Assembly (NCBI RefSeq): GCF_006345805.1
Contig: NC_043005.1
Coordinates: 59,024,001-59,088,000, forward strand
Length of the DNA stretch: 64,000 nt
Direction: 5' to 3'
DNA from: Octopus sinensis
Taxonomy: Eukaryota
Shown: in pieces, positions 40,110 through 52,105 of the stretch
Layout of the letters: each line of letters starts with the position of its first letter
Position numbering within the stretch: the first letter of the stretch is position 1
Notes under the pieces: generated by a model
Databases searched by the model: none
What the model was told of the DNA's origin: nothing
What the model saw: the letters and a program-made list of their open reading frames with translations, nothing else
Position numbers and translations under genes: made by a program

Positions 40110-40385
40110 AGCGACAACCACCACCACCACCACCACCACCACAACCACCACCACCACAACCACCACCACCACCACCACCACACCACCACCACCACCACCA
40201 CCACCACCAGCAGCAGCACCACCACCACCTCCTCCACCACCACCACCACCACCAGCACCACCACCACCAGCAGCAGCACCAGCACCACTACCACTGCCAC
40301 CGCTGCCACCACCACCACCACAACACCCCCCAAAAACCACCACCACCACACCACCACCACAACCACCAGCACCAGCACCAGCACC

Positions 40386-40416
<31 letters not shown>

Positions 40417-40443
40417 CCACCACCACCACCACTACCACTACTA
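40110..40443. repeat. (ACC)n/(AGC)n trinucleotide array
   Basis: Direct reading; source of the poly-P/H/T/G/V ORFs. Confidence 0.95.
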
Positions 40444-40822
40444 CTGTAAAGTTGCGTTCCTTTATCTGATGCTTTACATGCTGTATCGAAACTTTTAGTG
40501 TGTCGTGTTTGTATTCATTATCGATTGATCCAGCAATGGACAATACCTGAGTATGTCATCAAATGTGGCAAGCATTCAATGTTGCAAATGCACAAATATT
40601 ATTTCAGATGAGTGAAATTTACACCCCGAAATCTCTCCCACCAGCCGTCACCTCCAGTTGCACTCGTCTCCTGCCCCCCCCCACCCAACCCTTCTCCTAT
40701 ATGGGCATTATACAAATTCTGCCATTTCTAACCCATTTTTGTCTTTAAAAGGACAAAAAAACTGTTGCAGATGAAAGAGACTGAGAAAAAGAGAGAGAGA
40801 CAGACAGACAGACAGAAAGAAG

Positions 40823-40861
<39 letters not shown>

Positions 40862-41053
40862 CGACAGAGAGAGAGAGAGAAACATTAATGAGCATAACTA
40901 TAGTGAAATAGTTGGAAATCGCTGTATGTTAATATCACTTGAGAAGAGAGAAAATTCTGAATGTTGGGACGTTTTGTGCAAATCCTTTTCATGAAAGAAT
41001 GGGAGGTTATAAACTACGAGAAAATGTCTTTCTGCCATAGAAAATTAACATAC

Positions 41054-41132
41054 CTCCATTTCGTTTCCCCAGCTCGCTTAATTGATATTTGCCAACCGGC
41101 ACTGATGTCGACTGCTATTTGCTATTATTCTT
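41054..41132 (-). other. Candidate 79-nt exon (possibly 5' UTR ending ATG GAG)
   Basis: Polypyrimidine tract, ctaag, ttttt cag acceptor; GAG|GTATGT donor; stops in all frames before the ATG. Confidence 0.25.
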
Positions 41133-41211
41133 CTGAAAAATCTTAGTGATTATGCTTCATAAATGATAATGATGAGAAATTAAAAAAAAAAAAAGAGAGA
41201 AAATGTTTGCA

Positions 41212-41244
<33 letters not shown>

Positions 41245-41483
41245 AAGAGAGAGTGTGTGTGTATGTGTGTGTATGTGTGCATGTTATATATATATATATA
41301 GAGAGAGAGAGAGGACGTCAAACAATGATGATGATGATGATGATGATATATGTGTGTATATGTATATATACATATATACATACATACATATATATATATA
41401 TACAAACACTCATATATATGTATATATACATACATATATATATATATATATATACAAACACACATATATGTATATATACATAC

Positions 41484-41516
<33 letters not shown>

Positions 41517-41611
41517 ACATTTATTATACAGATGTATTATGTATATTATATGAATATTCTCTCTCAGTATGTACAAATATGTGTGGTTTATACAAATATA
41601 TGTATACATAC

Positions 41612-41670
<59 letters not shown>

Positions 41671-42036
41671 TATACACAGAAACACATTGGTTGTATATGC
41701 ATCATCATTACTCTTATTATCCTCTTCCACTTCTCCCTCATCATCATCATCATCATTATCAGTGTCATCTGTGTTATTGCTGTCATTTTCATTATTGTTG
41801 TTGTTATTGTAGTCATCACTGTCGTCGTTGTTGTTGTCATCATCAACATCGTCATCATCAGTAGTAAGATCTAATGTCTGCTTTTTCATTCTGGAGTAGT
41901 TTTGTTTGAGACAGAGTTATATGGTTGCACGCCGTTCCTGTTACCAACCATTTCAGTTACTGCTTATCACATTCAATGATATGGTGTACTTATTCCCAAA
42001 CCAGAACGCATGTGATTATATGTTGTGTGGAGGCTC

Positions 42037-42068
<32 letters not shown>

Positions 42069-42106
42069 TGTGCATGTGTATGTATGTATATGTATATATA
42101 TCTTGG

Positions 42107-42355
42107 GGAGGCGCGTGGCTTAGTGGTTATGATGTCAGCATCATGATTGTAAGATTGTGGTTTCGATTCCTGGACCGGGTAACACGTGTTCTTGAGCAAA
42201 ACACTTCATTTCACATTGCTCCAGACCACTCAGCTGGCAGAAATTAGTAATACTGTGATGGACTGGCATCCCGTCCAGCTGGGGAACACATACGCCATTG
42301 GAATGGGGAAACCGGGCCCATGAGCCTGACTAGGCTTTAAAAGAGCGCATTTATT
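42107..42355 (+). mobile_element. SINE family C
   Basis: Homology to 33428-33685. Confidence 0.85.
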
Positions 42356-42621
42356 TTATTATATATATCTTAATTACAACTGTCCGTGAAACTCTGAGTA
42401 GCAGTTTTTTGTGATGTTTTTGTGATGTTTTTGAAGCTTTAGTAATAAACCATATTGCTCTCCCTTCAGTATTCGAGTACTAATTAAGGTTTAGAAAGTA
42501 GGCATTAAATGCTGTATCCAAACCATGTTTCAGGGTAAGTCCCAGGTAGTGTGCCTGTGGGGTATATTCACCACTTATGGCTACCAGGGATCATCAGTAA
42601 TACTGAGCACTCAAAATGGTG

Positions 42622-43035
42622 GTGAGCTGGCAGAATCATTAGCATGCCGGGCGAAATGCTTAGCGGTATTTTGTTTGCCATTATGTCCTGAGTTCAAATT
42701 CCACCAAGGACGACTTTGCCTTTCATCCTTTCGGGGTTGATAAATTAAGTACCAGTTACGCACTGGGGTCGATGTAATCGACTTAATCCTTTTGTCTGTC
42801 CTTGTTTGTCCTCTCTGTGTTTAGCCCCTTGTGGGTAGTAAAGAAATAGGTATTTCGTCTGCTGTTACATTCTGAGTTCAAATTCCGCTGAGGATGACTT
42901 TGACTTTCATCATTTTGGGGTCGATAAATTAAGTACCAGTTATGAACTGGGGTCGATGTAATTGACTTAACGCCTTTGTCTGTCCTTGTTTGTCCCCTCT
43001 ATGTTTAGCTCCTTGTAGGCAATAAAGAAATAAGT
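42622..43035 (+). mobile_element. SINE family B tandem dimer (second unit lacks head)
   Basis: Body repeated after aagaaatagg|tatttcgtctgc. Confidence 0.85.
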
Positions 43036-43264
43036 AATACTGTGCACTCATTGTTGGATCTACATCTAGAATTCCGGGGTACACAATAACATGTATCTAA
43101 ACTGCTAGAATCTCTCAATACCACCATGTAGCTTAAAGTGAAATTGAAATGTAAATCTGTGAACTCATAAGCATTTTGTGTCACCTGAGGAGGCTCTTTT
43201 GCACTGGATGTTGCATTTGATGTGATTTGATCATTCTATGCCCCCTAGGGAGCAGTGCAATGTG

Positions 43265-43502
43265 AAACCTATTTCTTTACTACCCACGAGGGGTTAAACA
43301 CAGAGGGGACAATCAAAGACAGACAAACGGATTAAGTCGATTATATCGGCCCCAGTGCGTAACTGGTGCTTAGTTTATCGACCCCGAAAGGATGAAAGGC
43401 AAAGTCGACCTTGGTGGAATTTGAACTTAGAACGTAGCGGCAGACGAAATACTGCTAAGCATTTCACCCGGCGTGCTAACGATTCTGCCAGCTCGCCGCC
43501 TT
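43265..43502 (-). mobile_element. SINE family B, inverted relative to 42622-43035
   Basis: Reverse-complement homology. Confidence 0.88.
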
Positions 43503-43670
43503 CATGTGCAATGTGAAACCGAAATAACTGTTGTGCTAATAAACGCTTTTTGTTACACTTCGTCTTCCGTACTAAGCTTTAACACACACACGCACGCACG
43601 CACACACATACACATACACACGCACATGCACACACACACACACATACACAGACAGACATATATATATATA

Positions 43671-44933
43671 TATATATAATGGACTCTCCTGTCATTAGAT
43701 GATGTATGAGGGTTCTACAATTTCTTGCTGAACAACCACCCACTTGATTTGTTCATAGTGATCAAATATTTATGTTCACATGACCTCGCTCCCTCCATCA
43801 AATCGACATTAGCTGTTCACATGCGCAACGTGTTACCTGTCAGATGATGAAATGATTTCAGAGCAATGTGAAATGAAGTGTTTTTGCTTAAGAACACACT
43901 GCAATGCCCAGTCTGGGAATTGAATCCATGATCTCGTAATCATAAGTGCAACACCCTAACACCCTACTAAGCCACCCTACTAAGCCACGTTCCACTTACT
44001 CCATTTTGTTCTTCTGACATCTTAGAAGAACAGAATGAAGTGAGTGGAGCAAAAACAACACAAAGAGAAACGAAAAGTGTCACTGAAGAGGTCACAGATG
44101 TGTGATGAAAGATTTCCAGGCAATGGACATGAGTTAAAATAATAAAGTAAGAATAGTAATAAATAAGTGAGGAAAAAAATATATAGTGCATGTGTTTATT
44201 GGGCAAAACGAAAAAAAAATGACCATCCCGAAATACAACAATATCTGTTTCAATACATGATTTCACATCAAGAATCTTGCAAAACAGATTGGCAAATGTA
44301 ATATATATATATAATGGACTCTCCTGTCATTAGATGATGTATGAGGGTTCTACAATTTCTTGCTGAACAACCACCCACTTGATTTGTTCATAGTGATCAA
44401 ATATTTATGTTCACATGACCTCGCTCCCTCCATCAAATCGACATTAGCTGTTCACATGCGCAACGTGTTACCTGTCAGATGATGAAATGATTTCAGAGCA
44501 ATGTGAAATGAAGTGTTTTTGCTTAAGAACACACTGCAATGCCCAGTCTGGGAATTGAATCCATGATCTCGTAATCATAAGTGCAACACCCTAACACCCT
44601 ACTAAGCCACCCTACTAAGCCACGTTCCACTTACTCCATTTTGTTCTTCTGACATCTTAGAAGAACAGAATGAAGTGAGTGGAGCAAAAACAACACAAAG
44701 AGAAACGAAAAGTGTTACTGAAGAGGTCACAGATGTGTGATGAAAGATTTCCAGGCAATGGACATGAGTTAAAATAATAAAGTAAGAATAGTAATAAATA
44801 AGTGAGGAAAAAAATATATAGTGCATGTGTTTATTGGGCAAAACGAAAAAAAAATGACCATCCCGAAATACAACAATATCTGTTTCAATACATGATTTCA
44901 CATCAAGAATCTTGCAAAACAGATTGGCAAATG

Positions 44934-44940
<7 letters not shown>
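43671..44940. repeat. 635-bp tandem duplication bounded by (TA)n
   Basis: Identical ORFs 43967-44266 and 44602-44901 offset by 635; only one substitution noticed (gtgtcac vs gtgttac). Confidence 0.95.
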
Positions 44941-44977
<37 letters not shown>

Positions 44978-44980
44978 GTA

Positions 44981-45360
44981 CACTACCGTCAGAAATTAAT
45001 TAGCACCCTTGATTTGCTCTTCACTCAAGGTATGTGCTGTCACCTAGTGGCCATATCTCGAACTATTGCTTTGTTGCGAGTTCACTGTTGCGCAGAACGA
45101 TGATGTAACTTTGTTTGCAGAGCAGTTTGAGAGTCTACATCCTTATGATGTTGACATAGCAGTGCAACAACAACTTGGAGTGCGGATGCAGACAAATCTT
45201 CCTTTGTTTAATAGATATAGGTAGCGCCTCGCAAGGACCGAAATCACACCATAATAAGTTTTCTCATCGCGTAAGACGTTTTGAACAGCTCATAGGTTAA
45301 TTGATTTAACCTATTTAATGTAGAAATTTGAGAAGTGCTAATTAATTTCTGACGCAAGTG
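44981..45360. mobile_element. Tc1/mariner-type MITE, 380 bp
   Basis: 26-bp TIRs cactaccgtcagaaattaattagcac (24/26 match) with TA flanks. Confidence 0.88.
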
Positions 45361-45434
45361 TATGTAAATGCACATATGATGTGCATGTTTAGTAATATTA
45401 CAATCATGAAATTAGCATTAACTTATTCCACTCT

Positions 45435-45505
45435 TTCTTGTGGAACCCCCAGGAAACGTTTTGCAGAACCCTAGGGTTCCAGGTAACCCTGGTTGAGAAA
45501 CGCTG
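45435..45505 (-). mobile_element. hAT-like terminus fragment
   Basis: Minus strand cagcgtttctcaaccagggttacctggaaccctagggttc; no partner TIR found. Confidence 0.45.
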
Positions 45506-46188
45506 CTCTAAAGGATAGTGCAGCTATGCATTTACATGCAGTTAAATAAATGTCTGGTTACAACATGACTAGTTGTTTTGCATCCATGAAAACACTTAAC
45601 TTTATAGACAACTCATCAGTCTCCAATGGTGGAGGACATATAACCTCTCTTCCTCCTCCTTCTCCTCCTCCTTCCACCTCCGCCTCCTCTCCTCCTCCTC
45701 CACATGATCTCTATACTAATTATTTATCCCCTGACCACCATTTTCTTTACTGTTTGCTTCCTCCCAATATAATCCAAGAAAAAGCAATGTCTGGAAGCCT
45801 CACAGTATAAGCGCACACTTTTGATGTACGTTTGATGAAGTGCCAGTCTAATATCTAAAAACCACAAACATTAGGTAAACTTTCACAACTCAAACGTTTT
45901 GCATAAACTGGTGTTGCAAGCGGAGTTGGTGCAGAAACAATTGCAACAAATTATTAAAGATGTGTTAAAGAATTTGTTTGTCCTCTTGGTGATTGGATTA
46001 AAATTTACTCTTCGCCAAAGCCATACAGCAGGGTTACAATTGTGAAAGCAGGATTTTCTACACTTGAAGAACTTTGGAATTGGTCTGGAATCCAACAATG
46101 TTGATAGCTTAGAACTCGGATTGAGTGCTTCTCTGGAACTATCTTACCTTTATAACTTACTAGGAACTACAATATATATATATATGTA

Positions 46189-46314
46189 TGGCGTTAGGAA
46201 GGGCATCCAGCCGTAGAAACACTGCCAAATCTGACTGGGCCTGATGAAGCCTTCCGGCTTCACAGACCCCAGTTAAACCGTCCAACCCATGCTAGCATGG
46301 AAAACGGACGCTAA

Positions 46315-46345
<31 letters not shown>
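46189..46345 (+). mobile_element. RTE-type 3' tail
   Basis: ggcgttaggaagggcatccag..catgctagcatggaaaacggacgctaaa(tga)n. Confidence 0.85.
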
Positions 46346-46346
<1 letters not shown>

Positions 46347-46699
46347 ATATTATATGTGTGTGTACATATACATAAAGAGTGAGGGAAAGTGAGAAAGAGG
46401 GTGAGAGAGAGAGAATGGGAGAGAGAGAGAGAAGGAGAGAGAAAGATATCAGTTGGTTGGGATCACGTCAACCATGGTTAATAGTTCAATAGCTTTCAGC
46501 AGATGACTGCCTGAGGAACATTAATAAATTAGTAAATTAATGAATTAATAATAATCCATTCTTCCAATAAAGTATCAGAACAATTTTGAAAAGATAATAG
46601 GTGCTTCACTACTCCAATCCTAGAAGTACATAAGTTACATAGAGCATGCAGTAAATATACAACAAAGCTAGTAGATTGAGCGGGGCCACCTACTTGAAA

Positions 46700-46918
46700 G
46701 GTTTTGTGATTTGTCTGCCATCCTACTTACTAAGACTTGTTTTTGCTAGTTTAACTCTAAGGCCCTGCAATTCTAGACCTTGCTTCCATACCTGGAACTT
46801 CTCTAGATTAAGATCATCAGTATAGAGGGCTCCCAGGGGAAGCCTATCTTCTGTTATTACCTGGAAGACTATGATGATCAACAGGGGGCTGAGCACTGAT
46901 CCTTGGGGAACCTCTACT
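46700..46918 (-). mobile_element. RTE-clade RT fragment
   Basis: VEVPQGSVLSPLL..LYTDDL..KFQVWKQGLELQGLRVKLAKT. Confidence 0.75.
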
Positions 46919-46970
46919 TGTTACCTGAATTCTTTGCTTTACTAATTGCCAAGATACATACATACATATC

Positions 46971-48280
46971 GTACTCTAAGATATGATATGTAGATGAATA
47001 TAACACTGAAGGGATGCACCTGATTGATTTTGAAATTTGTTTTCCCAAATTATTTATATTAATCATACAATTAGTTCTACCACTAGAACTTCTTATATAT
47101 GTTAGAAATGGATCTTTCAGGTAGGATTGAGAAGATAGAGTGGAACTCATCTTTGAAGGATATACCTATTCCCAACAGGAAGGAATATACACAGGACCAA
47201 ATTAACCAGCTAAAAAAATTTATAAATAAATAAAATGGAAGGCTCACTACTACAATAACAACAATCCTAATAAGAATAATACTAACATGCAAGATATAGA
47301 CTATATAAAGAGAAACTTCAAATCTAGGCAGGAACCTCCCAATAATGGAATTATACAGGACTTTGAGGAGAAAATATGGAATATTGTGCAAAATATCAAA
47401 TTCAAAACTTACCCTAACAGACACAACAAACTTCTCAGCAACTTATCTAGAAAAATAGAAATATTAAAGAACCAGGATGTAGTTACAGTGCAATCTGATA
47501 AGACCAGGAATTTATATAGACTGGATACACCACTTTATGATAAATTACTAGAAAAGGAAATAATGAAAAAATATAAGGTAGTTAATAAAAATTATCTAAA
47601 TAATATTAACATAATTTTTTTAAAATCATGGTTAAATATGGTATTGAAAATAGAATTGAACCATATATCCCGATGCATCCAAGAATAATGATTAAACACC
47701 ATAAGGATAATTTTTACTCAAACCCCCAAGTAAGATTAATATGCCCTAGTAAGTCAGATACAGGTAGACTTAGTAAATTGATATTAGATAAATATTTAGG
47801 TAAATTAAATAAGTTAGTTAACCTTAAACTCTAAATTGATATAGAGATTTATTATTCATCTGTAAATGAAGTGGCTTTAAATAAGGCCTTGTCATATGCC
47901 ATGAGAAAAGTAAATATATCATTTGAAGAAGTAAAAGTAGTGTTGGCTGTGAGTAAGTCCATTATAAAATATAAAGATAAACTATGGGCAAGAAAAGACA
48001 CTAGAGATTGTTTTGATATACCCACGGGTGCCCCAGATTCAGCTGAGGTTACCAATCTTGTAGGTTTATATCTCTTATCTAAACTAGAAATAAAAATTAC
48101 GAATATAGAGGTTGGTCTTATAGCGACAACCTACTACTTATAACTCGGAAGTGTGCTAATAGGTCATTAGAATGCCTTAAGAAGAAAATGTACAAGTTCT
48201 AAGGTACGATACGTAGATGCATGTAACGCTGAAGGGTTGCAACTGATTGATTTGGAAATTTGTTTCCCCAAATTATATAT
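46971..48280 (+). mobile_element. Naiad-like Penelope-like element, internally deleted, with ~90-bp direct terminal repeats
   Basis: SLKDIPIP, KWKA, SDKTRNLY, KHHKDNF..RLICPSKS, FDIPTGAPDSAEVTNLVGLYLL and degraded YSDN; direct repeats 46971-47059 and 48190-48280. Confidence 0.78.
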
Positions 48281-49244
48281 ATATATATGAAATATGGAAA
48301 ACAAATGGACTGTATGCATGAGGGTGCGCATGTTTGTGACTTAATTTTGCATGGTAGTTTTAAGTCCTTGTCTCTGTCTCATAAGCAGTATAATTTATTT
48401 CCAATATTGCTTACAAGATATATATAAGTGTGTGTATGTGTGTATGTACACAAACACACACACACACACACACATGCATTTATCTTTGTATGGTTTGGTC
48501 TGGAGTGGGTGTTGTATTATTGATCTTTGCAGATCCTGTAAGCCTGGAAATGTATAGCTTTGAGAGTGGGCAGAATCATTATGTTGAGCAAAAATTGTCT
48601 GTTAGTATTTCGTTATGATTAAAACCTTTGAAGACAGAACCCCAAAAGTCTGGTGCCTAATGACTAGTGCCAGTAAAAGAGTAAAACAATAGTGACCTGC
48701 CTTCATTATCGACTTAGAATCTTTGGCTCTATAGCCCATTTACGAAAGCCTGTGACATACTAAATCATTTATCATAATAAAATATACCCTGTCAGTTATA
48801 TCTGATACATAAAATGAAATTATTATAGTAATTCTGTGCATAATCACTGATAATGAAATTGGGAAACTGAATTATTTGATTAAATGTGTCTTCTTGAATT
48901 GGATTTAGCTACCAGTTACAGCAATGTTTGATATAACTGATAAAAAAGAAAAACTGAGAATTTATCTTGTGTATTCTTCATTAGTTAATCTGGGAAGGTC
49001 AGTAAATGGCAGAATTGGTTGAGTGTTAGATGATGATGTGTTGTGCTAAAATATTACATTTCGTTGCATTGCCATTTCAAATTTTCCTATAGCTAATTTT
49101 GTTTTCCAACGTTTGAGAAAAGGATAGTTTCTTTGCTCTACAATGTGTGTTCAAATCTGAGTTTGGGTAGATTTTGTCAAGCACAAACACACACACACCC
49201 TCTCTCTCTCTAAATACATATTTATATGCACACATAAATCGCAA

Positions 49245-49535
49245 TCGATCAACATCAATGGAATTTGTAGCTGTGATACCAGTGCCGGTGGCACATAAGA
49301 GAACCATCCAAATGTGGCCGTAGCCAGTGCCGCCATCACTGGCCTCCATGCCTGTGGCACGTAAAAAGCACCCACTACACTCACAGAGTGGTTGGCATTA
49401 GGAAGGGCATCCAGCTGTAGAAACACTGCCAGATCAGACTGGGCCTGGTGCAGCCTTCTGGCTTCCCAGACCCCAGTTAAACCATCCAACCCATGCTAGC
49501 ATGGAAAGCAGACATTAAACGATGATGATGATGAT
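49245..49535 (+). mobile_element. RTE-type 3' UTR fragment
   Basis: Homology to 38670-39161. Confidence 0.85.
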
Positions 49536-49701
49536 TTATATATACATAGACACACATATACATACATACATACATACATACATATGTGTATATAAATATA
49601 TGTGTGTGTGTGTGTATATATATATATATCAATCATCATCATTTAAAGTCCGCCTTTCATGCTAGCATGGCTGGGACAATATATATATACATATATATAT
49701 A

Positions 49702-50058
49702 GGCACAGGAGTCGCAGTGTGGTAAGTAGCTTGCTTACCACCCACATGGTTCTGGATTCAGAACCATTGTGTGGAACCTTGGGCAAGTGTCTTCTACTAT
49801 AGTCTCAGGCCAACCAAATCCTTGTGAGTGGGGTTGGTAGACGGAAACTGAAAGAAGCCCATCGTATATATATATATATATCATATATATATATGTGTGT
49901 GTATATGTTTGTATGTGTATATGTTTGTTCCCCCAACATTACTTGACAACTGATGCTGGTGTGTTTACATACCCGTAATTTAGTAGTTTGGCAAAAGAGA
50001 CTGACAAAATAAGTACTAGGCTTACAAAGAATAAGTTCTGGGGTTGATTTGCTTGACT
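49702..50058 (+). mobile_element. SINE family A
   Basis: Homology to 61406-61778. Confidence 0.85.
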
Positions 50059-50379
50059 ACACTATATATAGTACACTATATACAGTACACTATATATAGT
50101 GTACTGTTCTGTGATGGTAAGATCAACAAAAATGTACTCCATCTGGTGAGAGATTTTTAGTCTGTTATGCCATGTGGCCAGTGCCTGAAGATTGTACTAG
50201 GATACCAGACATGTTAAAAAATACTGTTTGGGATGTTCTCAGCACATGAAACTAATAATAGCATGTAAAGCATTATATTGTGTTTATGAAATGATATATG
50301 TATATGTATATATACATAATATATACTCTTACTCTTTTACTCTTTTACTTGTTACAGTCATTTGACTGCGGCCATTCTG

Positions 50380-50421
<42 letters not shown>

Positions 50422-50431
50422 TGCATGTATG

Positions 50432-50489
<58 letters not shown>

Positions 50490-51565
50490 GTATGTTGAGT
50501 GTAGGCTCAAAACTTAAAAGACACTTGAAACGTAAAATACACCAAGTGTTAGTAAACAAGTTGGTTTGAAATTAGTGCCTTATCTGATTTGAGAGTCCCT
50601 AACAATATGTGACTAAATTTAGTGCTATGTTAATTAATTATACTTTCTTATCTGGATAAATGATAATATGCAAATTCAAAATCTCATTACATTCTTGTCA
50701 AAATAATGAAAAGCCACACTTCAATTGTGTCTTTTTTTTTTCAATTTTTGAGTTTCATTCATTTATTTATTTGTTTGTTTTTTTTTTTGGCTCATGGAGA
50801 AAATAATTTGCACACCTCATAAGATTTTTGTGGATATAAACCATTAAAATTCAGATGAGGCCATTGATAGTGTTATCCCATAACCAGATCATTGGAATTT
50901 GGATCATGTTAGTATAATCTTGACTTCTTAGAGATTATAATCCTGTCTTTTTTTTATTAGCAAAAAAATCAATTTAATTTATTTTTGAAACACATTCATA
51001 ATGGGAAAAAAGAAAACATGACAGGTGCAATATAACTATTGATATTGTTGTTGGCGGTGTTTATGTTGTTATTTGATCTGTGGTGATCAAGCAGATCTAT
51101 GATCAAAGGTATTTTCTTTGTGACCATTCCCTTTATTTTTTTTATTTTCCAGATGTAGTGTGAACATAATGTTTCTATTGTTTGAAGATGGTAGGAAGTG
51201 TGTGATATGAAGGAAATTTGATTTCACACTTCTATTTCTAGTTGGTTGAGTGATTGCACATTGTCTTCTTCTGATTTAACTCAATGGGGTAACAACAACA
51301 TTAGACAGATGCCATTTAATGAATGGTACCCCAGTAACAAGCATATATGATAGCATGGTAGAAATACTCTGACTCTTATAGAATGCACACTGGCTCAGAT
51401 GTGGTGCTGTGGTTAGAAAGCTTGTTTCCCAACCACATGGCTTCAGGTTCAGTCTCACTGCATGGCATCTTGTGCAAGTGCCTTCTGCTATAACCCCAAG
51501 CTGACCAAAGCCTTGTGAGTAGATTTGATAGATGGAAACTGCGAGAAGCTTGTCAGTGTATGTAT

Positions 51566-51600
<35 letters not shown>

Positions 51601-51949
51601 GTGTATATCTGTGTACAACCACCATGCAATGAGAAATGCTTTTCTTGGACTATTCTTTTCTCTCTCTCTGAACTTTTTCTTCTTTCTGCTTTCTGTTGAA
51701 CAGCCATGCTCAAAATGTCACAGCCCATCTTCTTTACCATCTTGTATTTTCTCTGAAATTCATTCTAATATATTCACAGTGTGTCCTTTTGACTTTTGTT
51801 GTTTTTTTCTTATTTTCTTGTTTTTGTTTTTATCTTTGATTTGCCCTTCATCTTTTCAGGGTTGATGAAATAAGCACCAGTTATGCACTGGTGTCGATGT
51901 AATTGACTTGCCCCTCTCCCAAGATTTCAGGTCGTGGGCCTATAATATA

Positions 51950-51950
51950 A

Positions 51951-52014
<64 letters not shown>

Positions 52015-52064
52015 TTATTAATATTATTATTATTATTATTGTTGTTGTTATTATTATTATTATA

Positions 52065-52103
<39 letters not shown>

Positions 52104-52105
52104 TT
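51950..52105. repeat. (ATT)n microsatellite
   Basis: Direct reading. Confidence 0.95.

Noticed and set aside
39774-40543. Poly-Gly/Pro/His/Thr/Val ORFs of 120-190 aa
   Set aside because: Entirely explained by the (ACC)n array; no splice or domain support
44083-44117. CUGAAGA-G-GUCACA/GAUG/UGUGAU-GAAA hammerhead-like core
   Set aside because: Good stem II, but I could not form stem I or a valid stem III/NUH site in any topology
50055-50110. Short palindromic 15-bp tandem (tacactatatatag)
   Set aside because: Simple low-complexity expansion at a SINE end
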